Origin: the human T2T-CHM13v2.0 reference genome, Homo sapiens
Assembly: GCF_009914755.1 (NCBI RefSeq)
Contig: NC_060933.1
Length of the DNA stretch: 64,000 nt
Direction: 5' to 3' (one strand)
Positions within the stretch are counted from its first letter, which is position 1. Each line of letters opens with the position of its first letter. This document shows positions 32,282 through 46,964 of this stretch, in pieces. Made by a program: the position numbers and the translations under genes. Under the pieces are notes generated by a model. That model saw only the letters and a list, made by a program, of their open reading frames with translations, did not search any database and had not been told where the DNA came from.

Positions 32282-33800
32282 AGGTTAACTGTGCACTAGG
32301 GAAGGTAAAAAGCCAAATATTGTATGAAATGATGGACATAGAGTCTGAGTTGTACTGATACATGGAGGCCTAAAATGTCATCATGACTTGTTAAAATGAG
32401 AGTATATAAAGGCTTGATAATAAATTAAAACTGGCTCAAATGAGTCCACAGGGTGCATGGGCCTACCTAGTAGTCATTTCTCTGATCCCAGGTATGACAA
32501 GCTGAGTAACAGCACAACACTTACATTGGATCTGTGGAGTGAAATCTGTCATAGCGTGAAATTCTAGGTGGAAGCCTCTGATACTGCAAAACTCCCATCT
32601 AAGCGAGCAAAAAAATAAAAAAATAAAAAAAAAACACCATATCCCATGAGGTTGGCAGAAATTAGAGTCAATGTAACAGAGTGTAGAGTTGGTGATTCCT
32701 GCCATTTCTTGACTTAATTCAACACTCTGGCCCCTGAACAAGATGAAAGAATCTTGGAAAATGGGATTATATTATGTCAGACTTAACCAAGGATTAACCC
32801 TGATTGTAGCCACAGTCACTATGTTAGATGAAATATCTTTGCTTGAGCAGATTAAAATAGCCCCAGATAGTGGGAATATAGCCACTGAATTATCAAATGT
32901 ATTCTTTTTCATTACTATCAGAGTAAGGGATCCGAAATAGTTTGAATTCAGACAACACTATCTATTTACAGTTTAGTTCCAGGATTAAATCAATTTTCCC
33001 ATTTGCTATCATAATGTACTATGAAGAGGTTTGGACACTCTAAACCTCTTGCAGAAAACCATGTTGATCCACTGTATCAATGATATCATGGTAATTGGTC
33101 AAGATGAACAAGAAGTGGCTAGAATATTAGAGGCCTTCTTAAGACACATATGCTTCAGAGGATGGAAGATAAATCCCAGAAAGGCTCAGGGATATTTCAC
33201 ATCAGTAAAATTTTAGTGGTCCAGTGGTCATGGGCATTCCAGAACATCCCATATAAAGTAAAAAACAAACTATTGCATCTTGTACTTTCCAACACAAAAA
33301 CAGAAGCACGCGGCTTGGAAGGTCTCTTCAGGTTCTGATGGCAGCATATTCAACCACTGGGAATACTGTGTTATACCGAGATATGGAAGCTTCAAGTGGG
33401 GCCCCAAACAGGAAAGGGCTCTGTAGCCAGGCCAGGCTATGATGAAAGCAGCCTTGCCACTTGGAACAGATGACCAAGCTCACCCTATGGTATTATAAGT
33501 ATCAGTGTGGGAAAAGATACCATGTTGAATTTATGGAAGCCTCAAAGAGATATTCACAATTCAGACTTCTAGGGCAAGGCCAACGCTATCTATAGTAGAG
33601 ACTTCAATATCTTTTACCAAGCAGCTCCATGTGTGTTACTGAGCCCATGTAGAGCTAGAGCACCTAACCATGGGGTACCAAGTGACCTTACAGCCCCAGC
33701 TGCCCATCATTAGCTAGGTTCTCTCATCAGACTCACCAAGTTACAAAGCCAGGTGGGTCCAGCAACTATCCATTTCAAAATGCAAGTGTTAAAACAAGAA
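32282..33800 (+). mobile_element. ERVL-class (HERV16/ERVL-E-like) pro-pol remnant
   Basis: ORF fragments SWKMGLYYVRLNQ...SLLEQI...ELSNVFF, LIHCINDIMVIGQDEQEVA...GWKINP...TSVKF and VQW...IPYKVKNKLLHL match ERVL RT (YIDD degraded to CIND). Confidence 0.9.
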
Positions 33801-33805
33801 TTGAG

Positions 33806-34092
33806 GCCAGCCATGGTGGTTCATACTTGTAATGCCAGCACTTTGGGAGGCTGAGACAGGATTGCTTGAGTCCAGGAGTTTAAGACTAGCCTGGGCAATA
33901 CAATGAAACCCTATCTCTACAAAAAAATAAAAAAATTAGCCATGGTGGCACATACCTGTAGTACCCAGCTACTCGGGAGGCTGAGGTGGGAGGACTGCTT
34001 GAGCCTGGGATTTCAAGGCTGTAATGAGCTGTGATGGTGCCACCACACTCTAGTCTGAGTGATGGAGCTTTACTGTGTCTCAACAACAAAAA
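33806..34092 (+). mobile_element. AluJ
   Basis: GGATTGCTTGAGTCCAGGAG and GAGGACTGCTTGAGCC are J-type diagnostics. Confidence 0.9.
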
Positions 34093-34244
34093 AGAATCAA
34101 GTACAAGTCCTCTGTTAGCTAGCTGAAGACCCACACATAATCTCCCACTCTTGCATAGTGCCTCTCCATCAAATCACACCATATGACTAGCTGACAGAAG
34201 AGGAAAAGTCATGAGATTGGTTCACTAGTGTTTTAGCTGTCAGC

Positions 34245-34585
34245 TATTCTAGGTTCTGCTTCCGCTGCAGAGACTCACTTTGCCCAGGGTTGCATTCCTT
34301 CTTGGGGTTGCTCATATAGAATGGATGATTTATAAAAATGTGTAAACACTTGGCTATCTTGACCCGAGTCAGGACAACTCTGAAGGAGTATTTTAGCTCC
34401 AGAGCAACTTTTGGAGTAGGCTGAGGCTGTCATTGGTCCTGCCACACAACTCGACTTCTCTCTACTCAAACCTGTTTCCTTTATGTCCCTTTTACGGGGA
34501 CTGTCCCTAAGGGAGCTCTTTAGTAAACACATAGCAAACTAAACTCAGTGTTAGAATCGCCTTCTGGAGGAACCCAGCCTATAAC
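34245..34585 (+). mobile_element. LTR16-family LTR (probable 3' LTR of the upstream ERVL)
   Basis: AGTCAGGACAACTCTGAAGG...AGGCTGAGGC...AGTAAAC...GGAACCCAGCCTATAACA. Confidence 0.75.
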
Positions 34586-36169
34586 AATATTTTCTACTCA
34601 ATTTGAATTTTTCTATTTTGTGTTTGTTAGTCTGTTATTTTCTTTCAAAATTATTTTTGGGTAATTTCACGTCTTTGTTTTCTTATTCTGTATAATAGAT
34701 ACATTAAGGATTGAAAGACACATCGCTGGCCATTTACCTAGTTTTCTTCTTATAATATGAAATACTCTGTATCCTCTATGGTATTCATAACTGTGTTTGA
34801 ATATTTCCAATGATGCACAGATTAGATAGTAATACACAGCTCTAATGTTTACAAAACCTTCTCTTATGATCAGCTGAAATCTACCTCCTGTGTCTTCTAC
34901 CCATTTACCTTTGTTTGGTTTATTAATCCATTTCCATATGACAGTTTCAAATAAATTAAAGTGTCTAGCATGTCCTCTGCTGAATTTTCATGAGGCTAAA
35001 TAAATCCAATTTTCCCAACATTCCTTATATGTTTCAACCTCTCATCATCATAATTCAAGCTCTTCTGTAAACTTTGTAAATTACACGTCCTTTAGCATAG
35101 CCACAATTCAATTTTTTTTAACTATTCTGACATTCCCCTTATGAAAAGGGGATCTTGTCCAGAGTATATATTAAAACAAATAAACAAAATGATGTACATT
35201 GACTGGAAAGAATACTTAAAGTCATTCAATTCTTTTCAAGTGTTAATTTACTTGAAGTATCCAAACCTTTTGATTTAATCTTCTACCTCCTCAAATATAA
35301 TGACTTGCCTGTAAATGTTATGGTGGGAATTCTGGTCCCTTTGTAGGACTAATATGATTTAGTAATGGTATCATTACTCTGTGAAATAATTTGACAAATC
35401 GGGGGTAATTCAATTTTTCATTCTTTTACTTAAAAGTGAGTAACTGATTGTTATTCTGATTGGCATTACTAATGACACTGGGATTTAGCATTCTGTGCTC
35501 TGCTTCAAGGACAGCAAAAGGATAAACTAGCTGCCAATATGACTGACATTTTATGCAAATGACATGAATCAGTACATCTCTTGTACATGGCTCATTGAAA
35601 ATTACAATTGCATATTTAAAAATGTATACAAGCCACATGTTATATTGGCAGCATGTGTTTTGGGGATCAGGTAACACATGACAAGAAACAAACATCCTTA
35701 CATTGCTAAGGAAATGAGACCTCTGGCTATGTTAAAACATATTATTATTTTCCAAGAATGAAAAGTATCCACTTCAGTGAGAAATTTTAATTATTCAATT
35801 GCATATTTAACTGAGTATCAGAGAGGGCTGCAGTCCACGTCCTTTGATTACTTAGATGGCGATTTGATTTGGAAACCACAGTGATATGAGGTTTATGTCA
35901 TTAGGAAGAAAAACTCATTAAATTAATTCCTAGTTTCTAATTTACTGTAGAGAATGATTAATGTTGAAAAGATTAGTTGGGAAGAAGATTGTTGAGTTTA
36001 GTTTTCTCATGGAACACTGAGGTTGTAAAAAAAAATTCAACTGATTTATCATTTTTATATTGTGTATACTTCCTACTTTAATGAAGAAGTTGACATTTGG
36101 TTCACTAAGATAATCAACTTTCCTAGAGATTCTGTCTTTGGTAAGGAGGTTGAACAGCATAATTGATGA

Positions 36170-36380
36170 AAGCAAAGGCTTTAGGGCCAGACATAAGTTT
36201 AAATCCCAACTCTTGTTACATGTTGGCTATGTAATCTAGTTTTATTTTACTTTTATTAGCCAGTTTTTTCATGTGTTAAATGAGAATGGCAGTAATAATC
36301 ACATCATAAAATTGTAAGCTTTAAATGAGATAGTACAGAAACACTGTAAATGTTCTCAAATGGTAGCTACTCTCATTATA
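36170..36380 (+). mobile_element. MIR
   Basis: GGCTTTAGGGCCAGAC...TTTAAATCCCAACTC...TTAAATGAGATAG. Confidence 0.6.
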
Positions 36381-36893
36381 TAATACTTTGGAACAGAATA
36401 AGATTCAGGAACTTTGGGGCAGTTAATGGTCTTTGAATATAAGAGAAAAATGACTAATACAGATGTTTATTAATAGTTGGAGTGTCGTGAGAGAAAAAAA
36501 TCCAGCTATTCTGAATCCAAAGGCCATTTTTTTCTCCCACTTCTTGACACAGCACAATGGAGTATCTTGTGAAGAGAAGGTGTTTGATAACTCTTAAAGA
36601 GAAAAATGCAGGACATTTTCTTTGAGGCTTCAGGGAGAAAACCTATATGTAGACTGCACTGTAAATATTTGACATGAAGTAATCTCAAAATGGAAAGGAA
36701 AGGAAATGAATATTAAGTTTTTACTATGTACCAAACTCTGTAATAAGTACTTGTTCAAAAGTCGGTATCTCCATTATCATCATTTTCATCATTATCCTAA
36801 TAGTAATTACAGTTGCCATTTATTAAACACACATTATATTTCAAGTACTTTAATTCCATTTAATCCCTACAATGACCCCATAAGGTATATATA

Positions 36894-37222
36894 CAGGTTG
36901 AGCACCCCAATCTAAAGATCCAAACTCTAAAAGGCTCCAAAATCCAACACTTTTTGAGTGCTGACATGACACCACAAGTAGAAAATTCCACACCTGATCT
37001 TATGTGACAGGTCACAGTCATAAACAAAATTATTTAGCAGATTGTATAAAATTACCTTCAGGTTATGCATCTAATGTATTTATTAAATATAAATAAATTC
37101 TGTGTTTACATTTGGGTCCCATCTCCAAAATATCTCATTATGTATATGCAAAAATTTGAAAAAATCCAAAATCCAAAACACTTCTGCTCCCAAGCATTCT
37201 GGGATGAGGTATGCTCAACCTC
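36894..37222. mobile_element. Tigger4/MER46 (Zombi) DNA transposon nested in an antisense MIR (~36800-37320)
   Basis: TA-flanked TIRs CAGGTTGAGCA.../...TGCTCAACCTC; AATCCAAAA motifs. Confidence 0.85.
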
Positions 37223-39119
37223 TATCTGTTGATGAAGAAAGCAAGGCCTAGAAAGTTGAAGGAACTTGCCCTAAATCATATTGCTGATGAATATTGGCAC
37301 CAGAATTGGAACTCACTTCTATTCAACAAAGACCAAAAGAAGCAAGAATTATTCTGTTTTGGATTGCTTTACATTGGTTTACATCAATACAACACAAAGG
37401 TGTGACCTTTGGCTAGTACTACAGAGGCCACAAGGAGGGATTGGGTAAGCCCCTAGCTCTGTGCCACTAGACATCAGGACCACCTTCATGATTTCACAGA
37501 CTCCTTGTCTGTTAGACATCACTCAACAAAAACAGGGCTTCTGCCATGAAGGCCTGCACGTAAACCTCTGTTGCTATAGCCTTTAGATAACACCAAGTTT
37601 GTTCTAATCGTGCTACACCTTCAGCTGCTTTCCAGATGCTACCAGTCGACTGGGCACTCTGGAATTCATAAAGAGCTTGTTAGCTAGTGACATTCTTTGC
37701 CTCAAAAAGAATGGCTGGACAGCACTTACATGTGTAGCATAAGCTATGCCTTATGATGCTCTTAAGTACCTGTTCCTCAAATGGTAGTTCTATTCTATAG
37801 CTGTCTTTGAATTTTTTCCTCTTAATATGCATATATCCAAGCTTTACCACCAATGAGGAGCTTCAGGCTATTACATGGCTCACATGGAGTTTCTTTGATG
37901 GGGCCTCAGAATCTCGTTCTTGAACCCATAGATCCAGGATCCAACCTATAACTAAAAATAGGCGGTTTCCTCCTTCCCATGTTGTCCCCTAAGTGAATTA
38001 TAGAATTTTCACTGCTGTGAAATAAACGTAAACAATAAAATATTGGTGTCATAACCAAAAAGCTACATTTAATACATTTTACATACCAGTTAAATTTACA
38101 AATATGGTCTCCAAAGCCACTTGGACTCTGGTGTGGACCTTCAGTATATAGCTATTGTATTAAATTTAGAATGCTTCTATTCAAAATCAGGAATAATCAG
38201 AGGCACCAAGAGGTACACAGCAGTCTCACAGGGGAAATTCTGTTGAAAGGAAACAATATATTACAGCAATAATATCTTTTTTGAAGTATAAAAAATGGCC
38301 GAAAGCACCTTAACTGGTTTCTTATCTGAGGCTCTGAAGTCTCAATAGTTAAAGCTATTTCTTTGTAGAGGATAAAAAGAAAACATCCCAGAAGCTCTAG
38401 TGAGTTAAAAGGAAAGGTCATTGATTGAGACAATCAAGGTGAATGATGCTCGTATGATGCCTAAGGCCCAGATTGAGGACCAGAGGGACCCAAGGTTTAC
38501 TGACTTCAAGACAAACCTAATAGCTTAGCAGAGAGCTGGAAGGTCAATTGCGACATGTAGTAAATCAGACCCAATTAGTTCCCAATGCATGATTGTGAAA
38601 TTGAGGAAGAGAAAGATCTGTTTGCCAATGGCTTCATCGGAAGCAATTTAAGTTGAAATTTGCATCACAACATTCTCAGAGATCTCTCTCTAAACCTTTA
38701 TTACACAGGCTCACTGATGAGCTGTGACTGGAATATTTAAAGAGTGTAGTAGATTCCTTGAGAAGAAACAGTTTCGTGGGAAAAGGGAGAAGTAGAGAGG
38801 TTCAAGCTAGATTCACAATGGACATGTTTATGGAAAATAGTGAAAGGATATATGATCATGGAATTTTTTAACTTGAAGGAACCTTAAATTAAATAGCCCA
38901 CCTTGTGCAGTTAAGGTCACTGTAACCCATAAAAGGTTATTCCAAATCATAGGTTCAAAGCTTGGATTGAAACTTAAGTCTTTATTCTAAGCAATATTCT
39001 AAATAATATTCTTTTCCAGAACATGACCTTACCAGCCAAGGAAATGTCAAAGGAAATAGGAAAAGGGTGTTTTAAAGGCTCACTGAACATGCTGAAACAT
39101 TTACCCTGTGGTCAGTTAC

Positions 39120-39330
39120 TGGTTTTGCTAGCATATTGCTTTAACAAATATTAATTTCAAGCCAGGAACTTTCTTACTTAATCCTTACAATTTTCTTGTG
39201 AGGTAGGAATTATTCTATTTTTAAATGACAAACTGAGGCTCTGAGAGATTAAATAACTTTGCTCAAGAGGGTAAGCTAATTTCTAAGTCAGATTCATGCC
39301 CCCATATCTTTTGATAACTAAGTCCAGTGT
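39120..39330 (-). mobile_element. MIR
   Basis: TTAATCCTTACAA...AAACTGAGGCTCTGAGAGATTAAATAACTTTGCTCAAG. Confidence 0.7.
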
Positions 39331-40431
39331 ACGCTTCCTGAATAATTAAAAGTTAGGTTTTGTGAGTAGGTATAACCTGGCTCCAGCACACTGCTGCCAC
39401 AGTCAGTTCCATAGGGAGCTCTAGAGTTGAAATATTGACTCAGAGACTTTTATAAATTGAGGAAAGGGTTTTGGGCATTTATTACCTGGCATTATTCAGC
39501 CACTAGGTGTCAGCTACCACCTTTGACCAAGGGCTATTCCTAGGAACATTAATACATGAAAATGATACTTTGTATTTGCATGATTATTGAACCATTTTCA
39601 GTAATTAAAACTAAACCAGGAGGCTGATGATTTATAACTGTATAAGAAAGAAAATATGGATTACTAAACTAAATGGCTAAATGAGGACTTTAGCAGAAAT
39701 TGCTTCAGATCGTTCAAATGTGAAGTGACTTTTTAAAAACCTGCTTATGGCCCTCCTTTTGATTAACATGGACACTTCTTAAATGCATGTTGGCTTTGAC
39801 AACACTCTTCTGACTTTGGAGGAAAAACGTCTTAGAAGAAAGGTGAGCTTATTTGGGTTTATCATCTCAATTTTTAAAAATATTTAATTGGCAAATAAAA
39901 ACCGTATATATTCAAGGTGTGCAATGTAATTTGTTGTACATACACATCGTGTACTGATTACCACAGTCAAATTAACACATTCATCATAATGTATAGTTAC
40001 CTTTTGTGTGTTTGTGTGTGTCTGTGTGTGTGGTGAAGACCCTCACAATCTGCTCTCTTAACATATTCCAAGTAAACAACAAAGAATTATTAACTACAGT
40101 CACCATGGTGTACATTATAATGCCAGAATCTATACATCTTATAACTGAAAGTTTGCCTCTTTTGACTAGCATCTCACCATTTCCCCAATTCACTAGTCCT
40201 TAGCAACCACCATTCAACTTTCTGTTTCTATGAGTTCAACTCTTTTAGATCTCACATTTAAGTGAGGCCATATAGGTTTTTTGTTTTTTTTTTAAATACA
40301 TCCAGTTTATTTCACTTAGCACAATGTCCTTCAGGTTCATCCATGTTGTCACAAATGCCAGGATTTCCTTTTTATGGCTAAATACTATTCTGTCATATAT
40401 ATATGATGTGTGGAAGACACACATCACACAT

Positions 40432-40460
<29 letters not shown>
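40432..40460. repeat. (CA)n microsatellite within L1
   Basis: Direct reading. Confidence 0.9.
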
Positions 40461-40462
<2 letters not shown>

Positions 40463-41019
40463 ATCCTTTATCATTCTTCTATCGATGGACACAGGTTGTT
40501 TCTATATCTTGGCTATTGTGGATAATGCTGCAATGAAAATGGGAGTACAATTATCTCTTTGAGATACTGATTTCATTTGCTTTTGATATATACACCAAAG
40601 TGGGATTGCTGGATTGTATGGTAGTTCTATTTTTAATATTTTGAGAAACCTCTATAGCATTTTCCATAATAGCTGTGCCAATTTACATTCCCATCAACAG
40701 TTTAAAAGGGTTCCTTCTTCTCCATATCCTTGCAAACACTTGCAAATTGCTTGTCTTTTTGATAATAGCCCCATCCTAACAGGTGTAAGGCGATATATCA
40801 TTGTGGTTTTAACTTGCATTTCCTTATGATTAATGATGTTGAGCACCTTTACATATACCTGTTGGCCATTTGTATGTCTTCTTTGGAAAAATTTCTACAG
40901 ATTCAATGCAATCTCTATTAAAATTCCAATGGCATTTTTCACAGAAATAAACAAAAAAATCCTAAAATTTATATGGAACCACAAAATACCTTAAATAACC
41001 AAAGCAATATTGAAAATAA

Positions 41020-41450
<431 letters not shown>

Positions 41451-43504
41451 AGTCAACTGATTTTTGATAAAGGTGCCAAGAACTTACAATGTAGAAAAGA
41501 TAGTTTCTTCAATAAATGGTGCTGGGAAAACTGGATATCCACATAAGAGTGTAATTGGACCCTTGTCTTACACCATATACAAAAATTAAAATGGATTAAA
41601 CACTTAAATGTAAGATCAAAAACTATAAAATGTCTAGAAGGAAACATAGGAAAAAAAGTTCCTTAATATTAGTCTCAGCAGATTTTTCAGGTATGACATC
41701 AAAAGCACAAGCAGCAAAAAGCAAAAATAAATAAGTGGGACTACATCAAACCAAAAAACTTCTGCATGTCAAAAGAAGCAACAACATAGAAAATCAACTT
41801 CTGGAATGGGAGTAAATATTTGCAAGCCCTATATTTGATACAAAATATATAAGGAACCCACATAACTCAATAGCAAAATATAAACCCAAATAACCTTGTT
41901 AACAAATGAGCAAAGTACCAGTCCTGCCGATTGCCTGTGGATCCTCAGATCAGAAACTGGAATGCTTATGTCTGATTACAGAAAAAAGGTATAAAAGATT
42001 TAAATATGTAAAGCAACTATCAAGAATAAAATAAAAGGCATGGTAAACATTACTTTGAAATCAAAGCTGCTAGCAGTTTAGAATATAAATAATTCTATAA
42101 TAAATACCATTTTAAGCAAACATTACTGACATCCATTATTATTAAAGATAAATTATTAGAAGTAAAGGTACCTTTCTGGAAATGAGTAGTGTAGCTTTGG
42201 TAATGAATAAAAACCATAGAAAACGTGTTTGAAAATTTTGACCGTGAGAAAAGAGACAATATAACAGACCCAAGATCGCATTAAATAAACAAGGACATTC
42301 CAGGATCAGGGCTGAGATGCTGGTGCATATTAGTTGCAGCAGGAGTATCTAGAAGAAAACTAGGAGTGGGCTTCTCTATGAATTTTGCCAGTGGGAATGC
42401 TGAGGTTCTTGTATTTCATGTATAGATCTGGCTTATTGTGACAATCTCTGTCCTCAAACAAACTTTATATTATAGAGGTAGTAAAAGGTAATAAATGATA
42501 TGATTCTATCTCTTTTTTCAAAGACATTCCAAATGACCATTATATTTATAAGGAGTTCAAGGCTATCAATGAGGATAAAGTGAGGGTGGATAGGTAATAT
42601 GGCGAACAGACTGAATAAAAATGCCAGTGTTTGAATATTTATATTTCAAAAGTGCATTTCTCAGATTATAAAAATAATGTAGTTTGTTACTGAATATTTT
42701 ACAAAAAGCAAAATATAGATAAAAATGATCCATAATCTCACAAGCTTCTATGCTTATATTTATGCATAACAATTTTACATGTTAATATGGAAATATGTAA
42801 CTAGAGAGCTAACAGCTCAGGTAATTACTTTGTTACACTAAAAGTTTGGAGAATTAAAGTTATTAATACCTGTTAGTCTCTACGCCTTAAGATTCTTACA
42901 AAATTAGTGGAGGTATTATTCTCACCTCTCAGTTAAGAATTTATTAATGTAAAATCCTTTGTCATGGGTGTGTTGATATGCAGTTAAATACTATTTTTAA
43001 AAAGAGCTTATAAAAGATGCATGCTCAAAGTGAATGGTTTACCTCATCAGTATCCTCTTGTTCAGAATCACCTACTATGCTGAAATTTGAGACTAATATC
43101 TCTGCATATAGAAAAGTAATTGATGTAGATTTACTCTAAGCCAAACATAGGTAAGAAGTTTCTCTAACCCATTTTCATGATTCTTTAATCGTTCTAGAGG
43201 TAATCTTTCTATGCTCTGTTTTCCTAAAATATGATAAACACACAATGATATAAAATTTTATTCAATCAATATATATTGAGCATTTAAAGCATTGTTATAA
43301 GTTAATTTTTTATTTTATGGAGTCTTTGCACTTTGCAACAGATAAGGGTTTTCCTTTTTACTTGACCACAAGGAAGCTCAGAATCAAATATGTACCTTTA
43401 GTACATAGAGGACATAATGGCTTGCACTTTGGATTTAATCCTATCCTGTATTTACCCATTTTTATTTCGCTTTACCTCATTTCTTTATTTTATTTTAACT
43501 CGTT

Positions 43505-43872
43505 ATATGTAAGATTGCCAGACATTAAAGCTGAAATCTTAGTAACTTAATGCAATAATGGTTTATTTCTTGCTTGTGTACATTATGGGTCGGTGTAGGG
43601 CTCTATTCCATATGTCACTCGGTGATTCAATTTAAAGTTGTACCATCTGTAGCTGCACTGTCTAGAACATACAGTTTCTTTGGTCATTGTAGCAAGAGCA
43701 GAGAGCTTAGAAAGATACATTTGCTATTTTCACTGTTTCAGCTAGAAAGTGGCATACTTCTGTTTACTTTTTCCATGTTTCATTGACCAGACTAAGCCCC
43801 ACATAATAGCAATGGAGTCAGAAAGTCTAAGTATTCAAATGGAATACTTGGTGAGTATGCTCTCTCTGTCTC
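43505..43872 (-). mobile_element. Old MLT1 (MaLR) LTR
   Basis: AAATCTTAGTAACTTAATGCAATAATGGTTTATTTCTTGCT...TTTCATTGACCAGAC. Confidence 0.55.
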
Positions 43873-45739
43873 AGTGTGCTTTTAATAGGGTTTTGAGAAG
43901 TATTTATACAATGAGGTAGAGTATAAATAAGTAGAGACATTTTTATAGGTCAAAAATAAAATATCAGCAGTTTCATGTAGTTCAGCCTAATAAATAAATA
44001 CATAATGTAATGCTAACTTTATGACTTAACACCCTCCTTGCTCTCAGAAAAAGACCGCCTAAGATCAGGGCAAGCCTACATGCAAATAAGGGGGCAAATC
44101 AGTGGGAGAAGTGCCATAGAAATATGTGCAAAGTGTGATGATATTAGAGAAGAAAGTGACTAGTTATATAAAGAACTCGTTAAGGAAGTGATAATCATTG
44201 GGAAGAGAAAATAAATAACTTCTAGACAGAGGAAGTGACATGCAAAGAGGCAGAAAAATTAAAGAAAATGTTATGTTTAGAAAAGCCCAAGAATATCGGA
44301 GAAGTAAAAGAAAGGTTAGCTTAAAATGAGGTTATAAACATATATAGGGTCAGACTAGAGACAACTTTGTATGTCCTGCCAAGGAATTTTGACTTTTTGC
44401 TGAAGGCAACTTGAAGTTACTGAAGGCCTGGTGTGATAGGATCAACTCTGCCTTCTGGGGATGAGAAAGGAATTATCCTACAGGAAATACTTGATATTCT
44501 AAGAAACAGATCTTCTTAGATACTTTTGTGTTCCTTTTACAATGTAGAGAGATCCTTTAAACTTTAGATGTAAAATCTCCCATCCCATAGGAGTCAAATA
44601 TTGTAACAATCTAACAAAAAAAGATTTATGGGTATGGAATAGGCCAGGTCTCTACCACTGAGGGGAAAAATAGCTGGAGTGAAAATATTTATCAGGGTTC
44701 TACCTTGTCACCTGAACCTGATCACTGACATCTTTTGAAGTTCTTGGTATATTCAAAACAAAATAATCTTTTTGGAATCTTAAGAGTTAGATGGGACCTT
44801 ATGGGTTTCAACATCTAAACTCATTTTCTATATGAGAATTTTCTAATCATTTAATAAACTTGAAAGTGGTCATTGAGTCTTGTGCTTGAATAGGCCCTTG
44901 AGCAACCAATTTAGTCTCAAGACAGATTGTTCCATTAAAAGAAGGGAAAGTGTTTTGCTATTGTTTACCATTATGAAGAACAATACTTGAGAAATGGAAG
45001 AAAAAAAGAGTCTGGCTAGCAACCTCAAATAAAGTCTTTGCAATTTTAAACTAAAATACCTATAAGATATATGACTCACGATAGTGGAAAAATGTTATTT
45101 AAAACAATAATAAACAATAACTACTTCCACTTTCTAAGACCTTAGTGCATTTGGGAGGTAGTTTATATCAGTGTGAAAGCAAATCTCTGCTGACCTCTTC
45201 TATGAAAAAGTTTAATACAATATTTCAAAGTCTTTGCCAGTTCTTCAGTCTTGTGTTTGAACCGAGACACTAATGAATCTTTGGATACGTGGGTGCTGGA
45301 GATGCAGAAACAAGAAGGGCTAACTACTGTGCATGATTAAGTGAAGGGGATCATTTGAAGGGGAAAATCTGAAAATTAGAAACTTAGCCCTTCATTAAGG
45401 TCTGCAACACAGGCAAATCCCTTGTGTGACTGATGATTTAGGGCTTTTCAGTCAAATTCTATTAGCCTTGTAAAAATGTGAAAATTCTTTTCAGTATCTG
45501 GTAATAGTTTTTGTTATTATTAGTGCTGTAACTTAGATGTCAGCTAAATTAACCTAATATTTGAGGTTGAAATAATAACTTATCCAAAATCAAATTTGTG
45601 GGGTATAGAATTCCTAAATTATTGTTGACTCTCTCTTGAGGTTCAAAGTGGCATTAGGGAACAGGGTTCTTCCATTTCAGGAGAATCATCCACATTGTCA
45701 TAAGAAAGATGTTTACTGTAATATAAATGGGCATTTCTT

Positions 45740-45945
45740 TTACAACATGCATTCTCAACACAGGTGATAGGATCCACAAGAGGATGACAATTTGCACATG
45801 GGGGAAGGAAACACAAATTTTACTTTTATGTGTAGCGCAGATTACATACATTACATAAAACGACATACGATATATATGTAGTATTAAAATTTCATGGGAA
45901 AATGATCAGAAAAAAATCTAAAAAGGCTCCTTAAGGCTCCTTACT
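45740..45945. mobile_element. Possible hAT-Charlie4-like fragment
   Basis: AATTTCATGGG...AAAAAAATCTAAAAAGGCTCCTTA resembles recalled consensus. Confidence 0.35.
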
Positions 45946-46964
45946 GTTTTACATTTACATAAACTAGGGTGTGTATAGTGTCTCATGATGTTGTGCAACA
46001 TGGTGGCCCTGGGTGGAACAGGGGATCTGTAAGTTTCCAGCTTCCCTTGAATTGGATAATGTTATACATCACCTCATGATGGCATGTCTGTTTCCTTCAG
46101 TGCCACCTAGAGAATGTACTATTTTCTTTATTCCTTTAAAAGAAATACAAAAAAATCCATCAGTCTCCTTCAATCTGTTCCTTGATTCATAGACACAAGG
46201 GCTCAGCACTGAATAAAAATGAAAATACATTATTTTCTTCATGAAGCCCTTCCTGTTCTCCTTAATCAGAAGTGAGTTCTCCCATCTCTTTAACCACCTA
46301 GCAATTACTTTTAGACCTCAAAAATTCTACCTCTTAATTATTATATATCCTTTTTAGCTTTCTTGCAGCGGTCTAAACTTCCTGGTGTCAGAAACCGCCT
46401 ATTATTCATTTATGAATAGCCTCTGCTATGTTTTATAGAATGCCTTAACTAACACTGTAACAATCTACTTCATATAAATCTGGAGGTGGGGTTGAGAAGA
46501 AGAGGAGTTGGGAGTAAATAAAGCTTTTAATACAAATTTTAAGACTACTCAAATTTGAGAGGAATAATGACTCACGAAAAGATTCTAATAAAATGTAATC
46601 ATTCTGTTAGGGAAAGAATAATGCATGCTTATTCATAATAAAACTAATTCAAGTTCATTTTAGCTATAAATTATAAAAGGAAGAATAAAATATAAAAGTG
46701 AGACAGGTTAACACACACATGTGCATACTTCTTCCAAGAGAATCAGAAAGCTATACAGGGAGACTTGGGTGGTGTCATCTGAGCAGGCCTTCGCGTGGCA
46801 CTGCGGGCAACCACAGGGGAATGAAGCCCAGCTCTGGGCTGTGCCATATTGGCCAATCTTTAGTCTGTATTTTTTTGATCTGCCTCTTAATACCTATCAT
46901 AATTCAGTCCTGTTTCCCTCTACATTGCTTCCGTGAAAGTTTGTAATTTTTAGAAATCAGTTCT

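Noticed and set aside
32743-33338. RT-like ORF fragments as a functional or domesticated gene
   Set aside because: Fragmented by stops and frameshifts; catalytic YIDD is degraded to CIND
37400-38800. GC-richer stretch resembling old LTR/MaLR internal sequence
   Set aside because: Could not assign family or boundaries from sequence alone; needs a Dfam search
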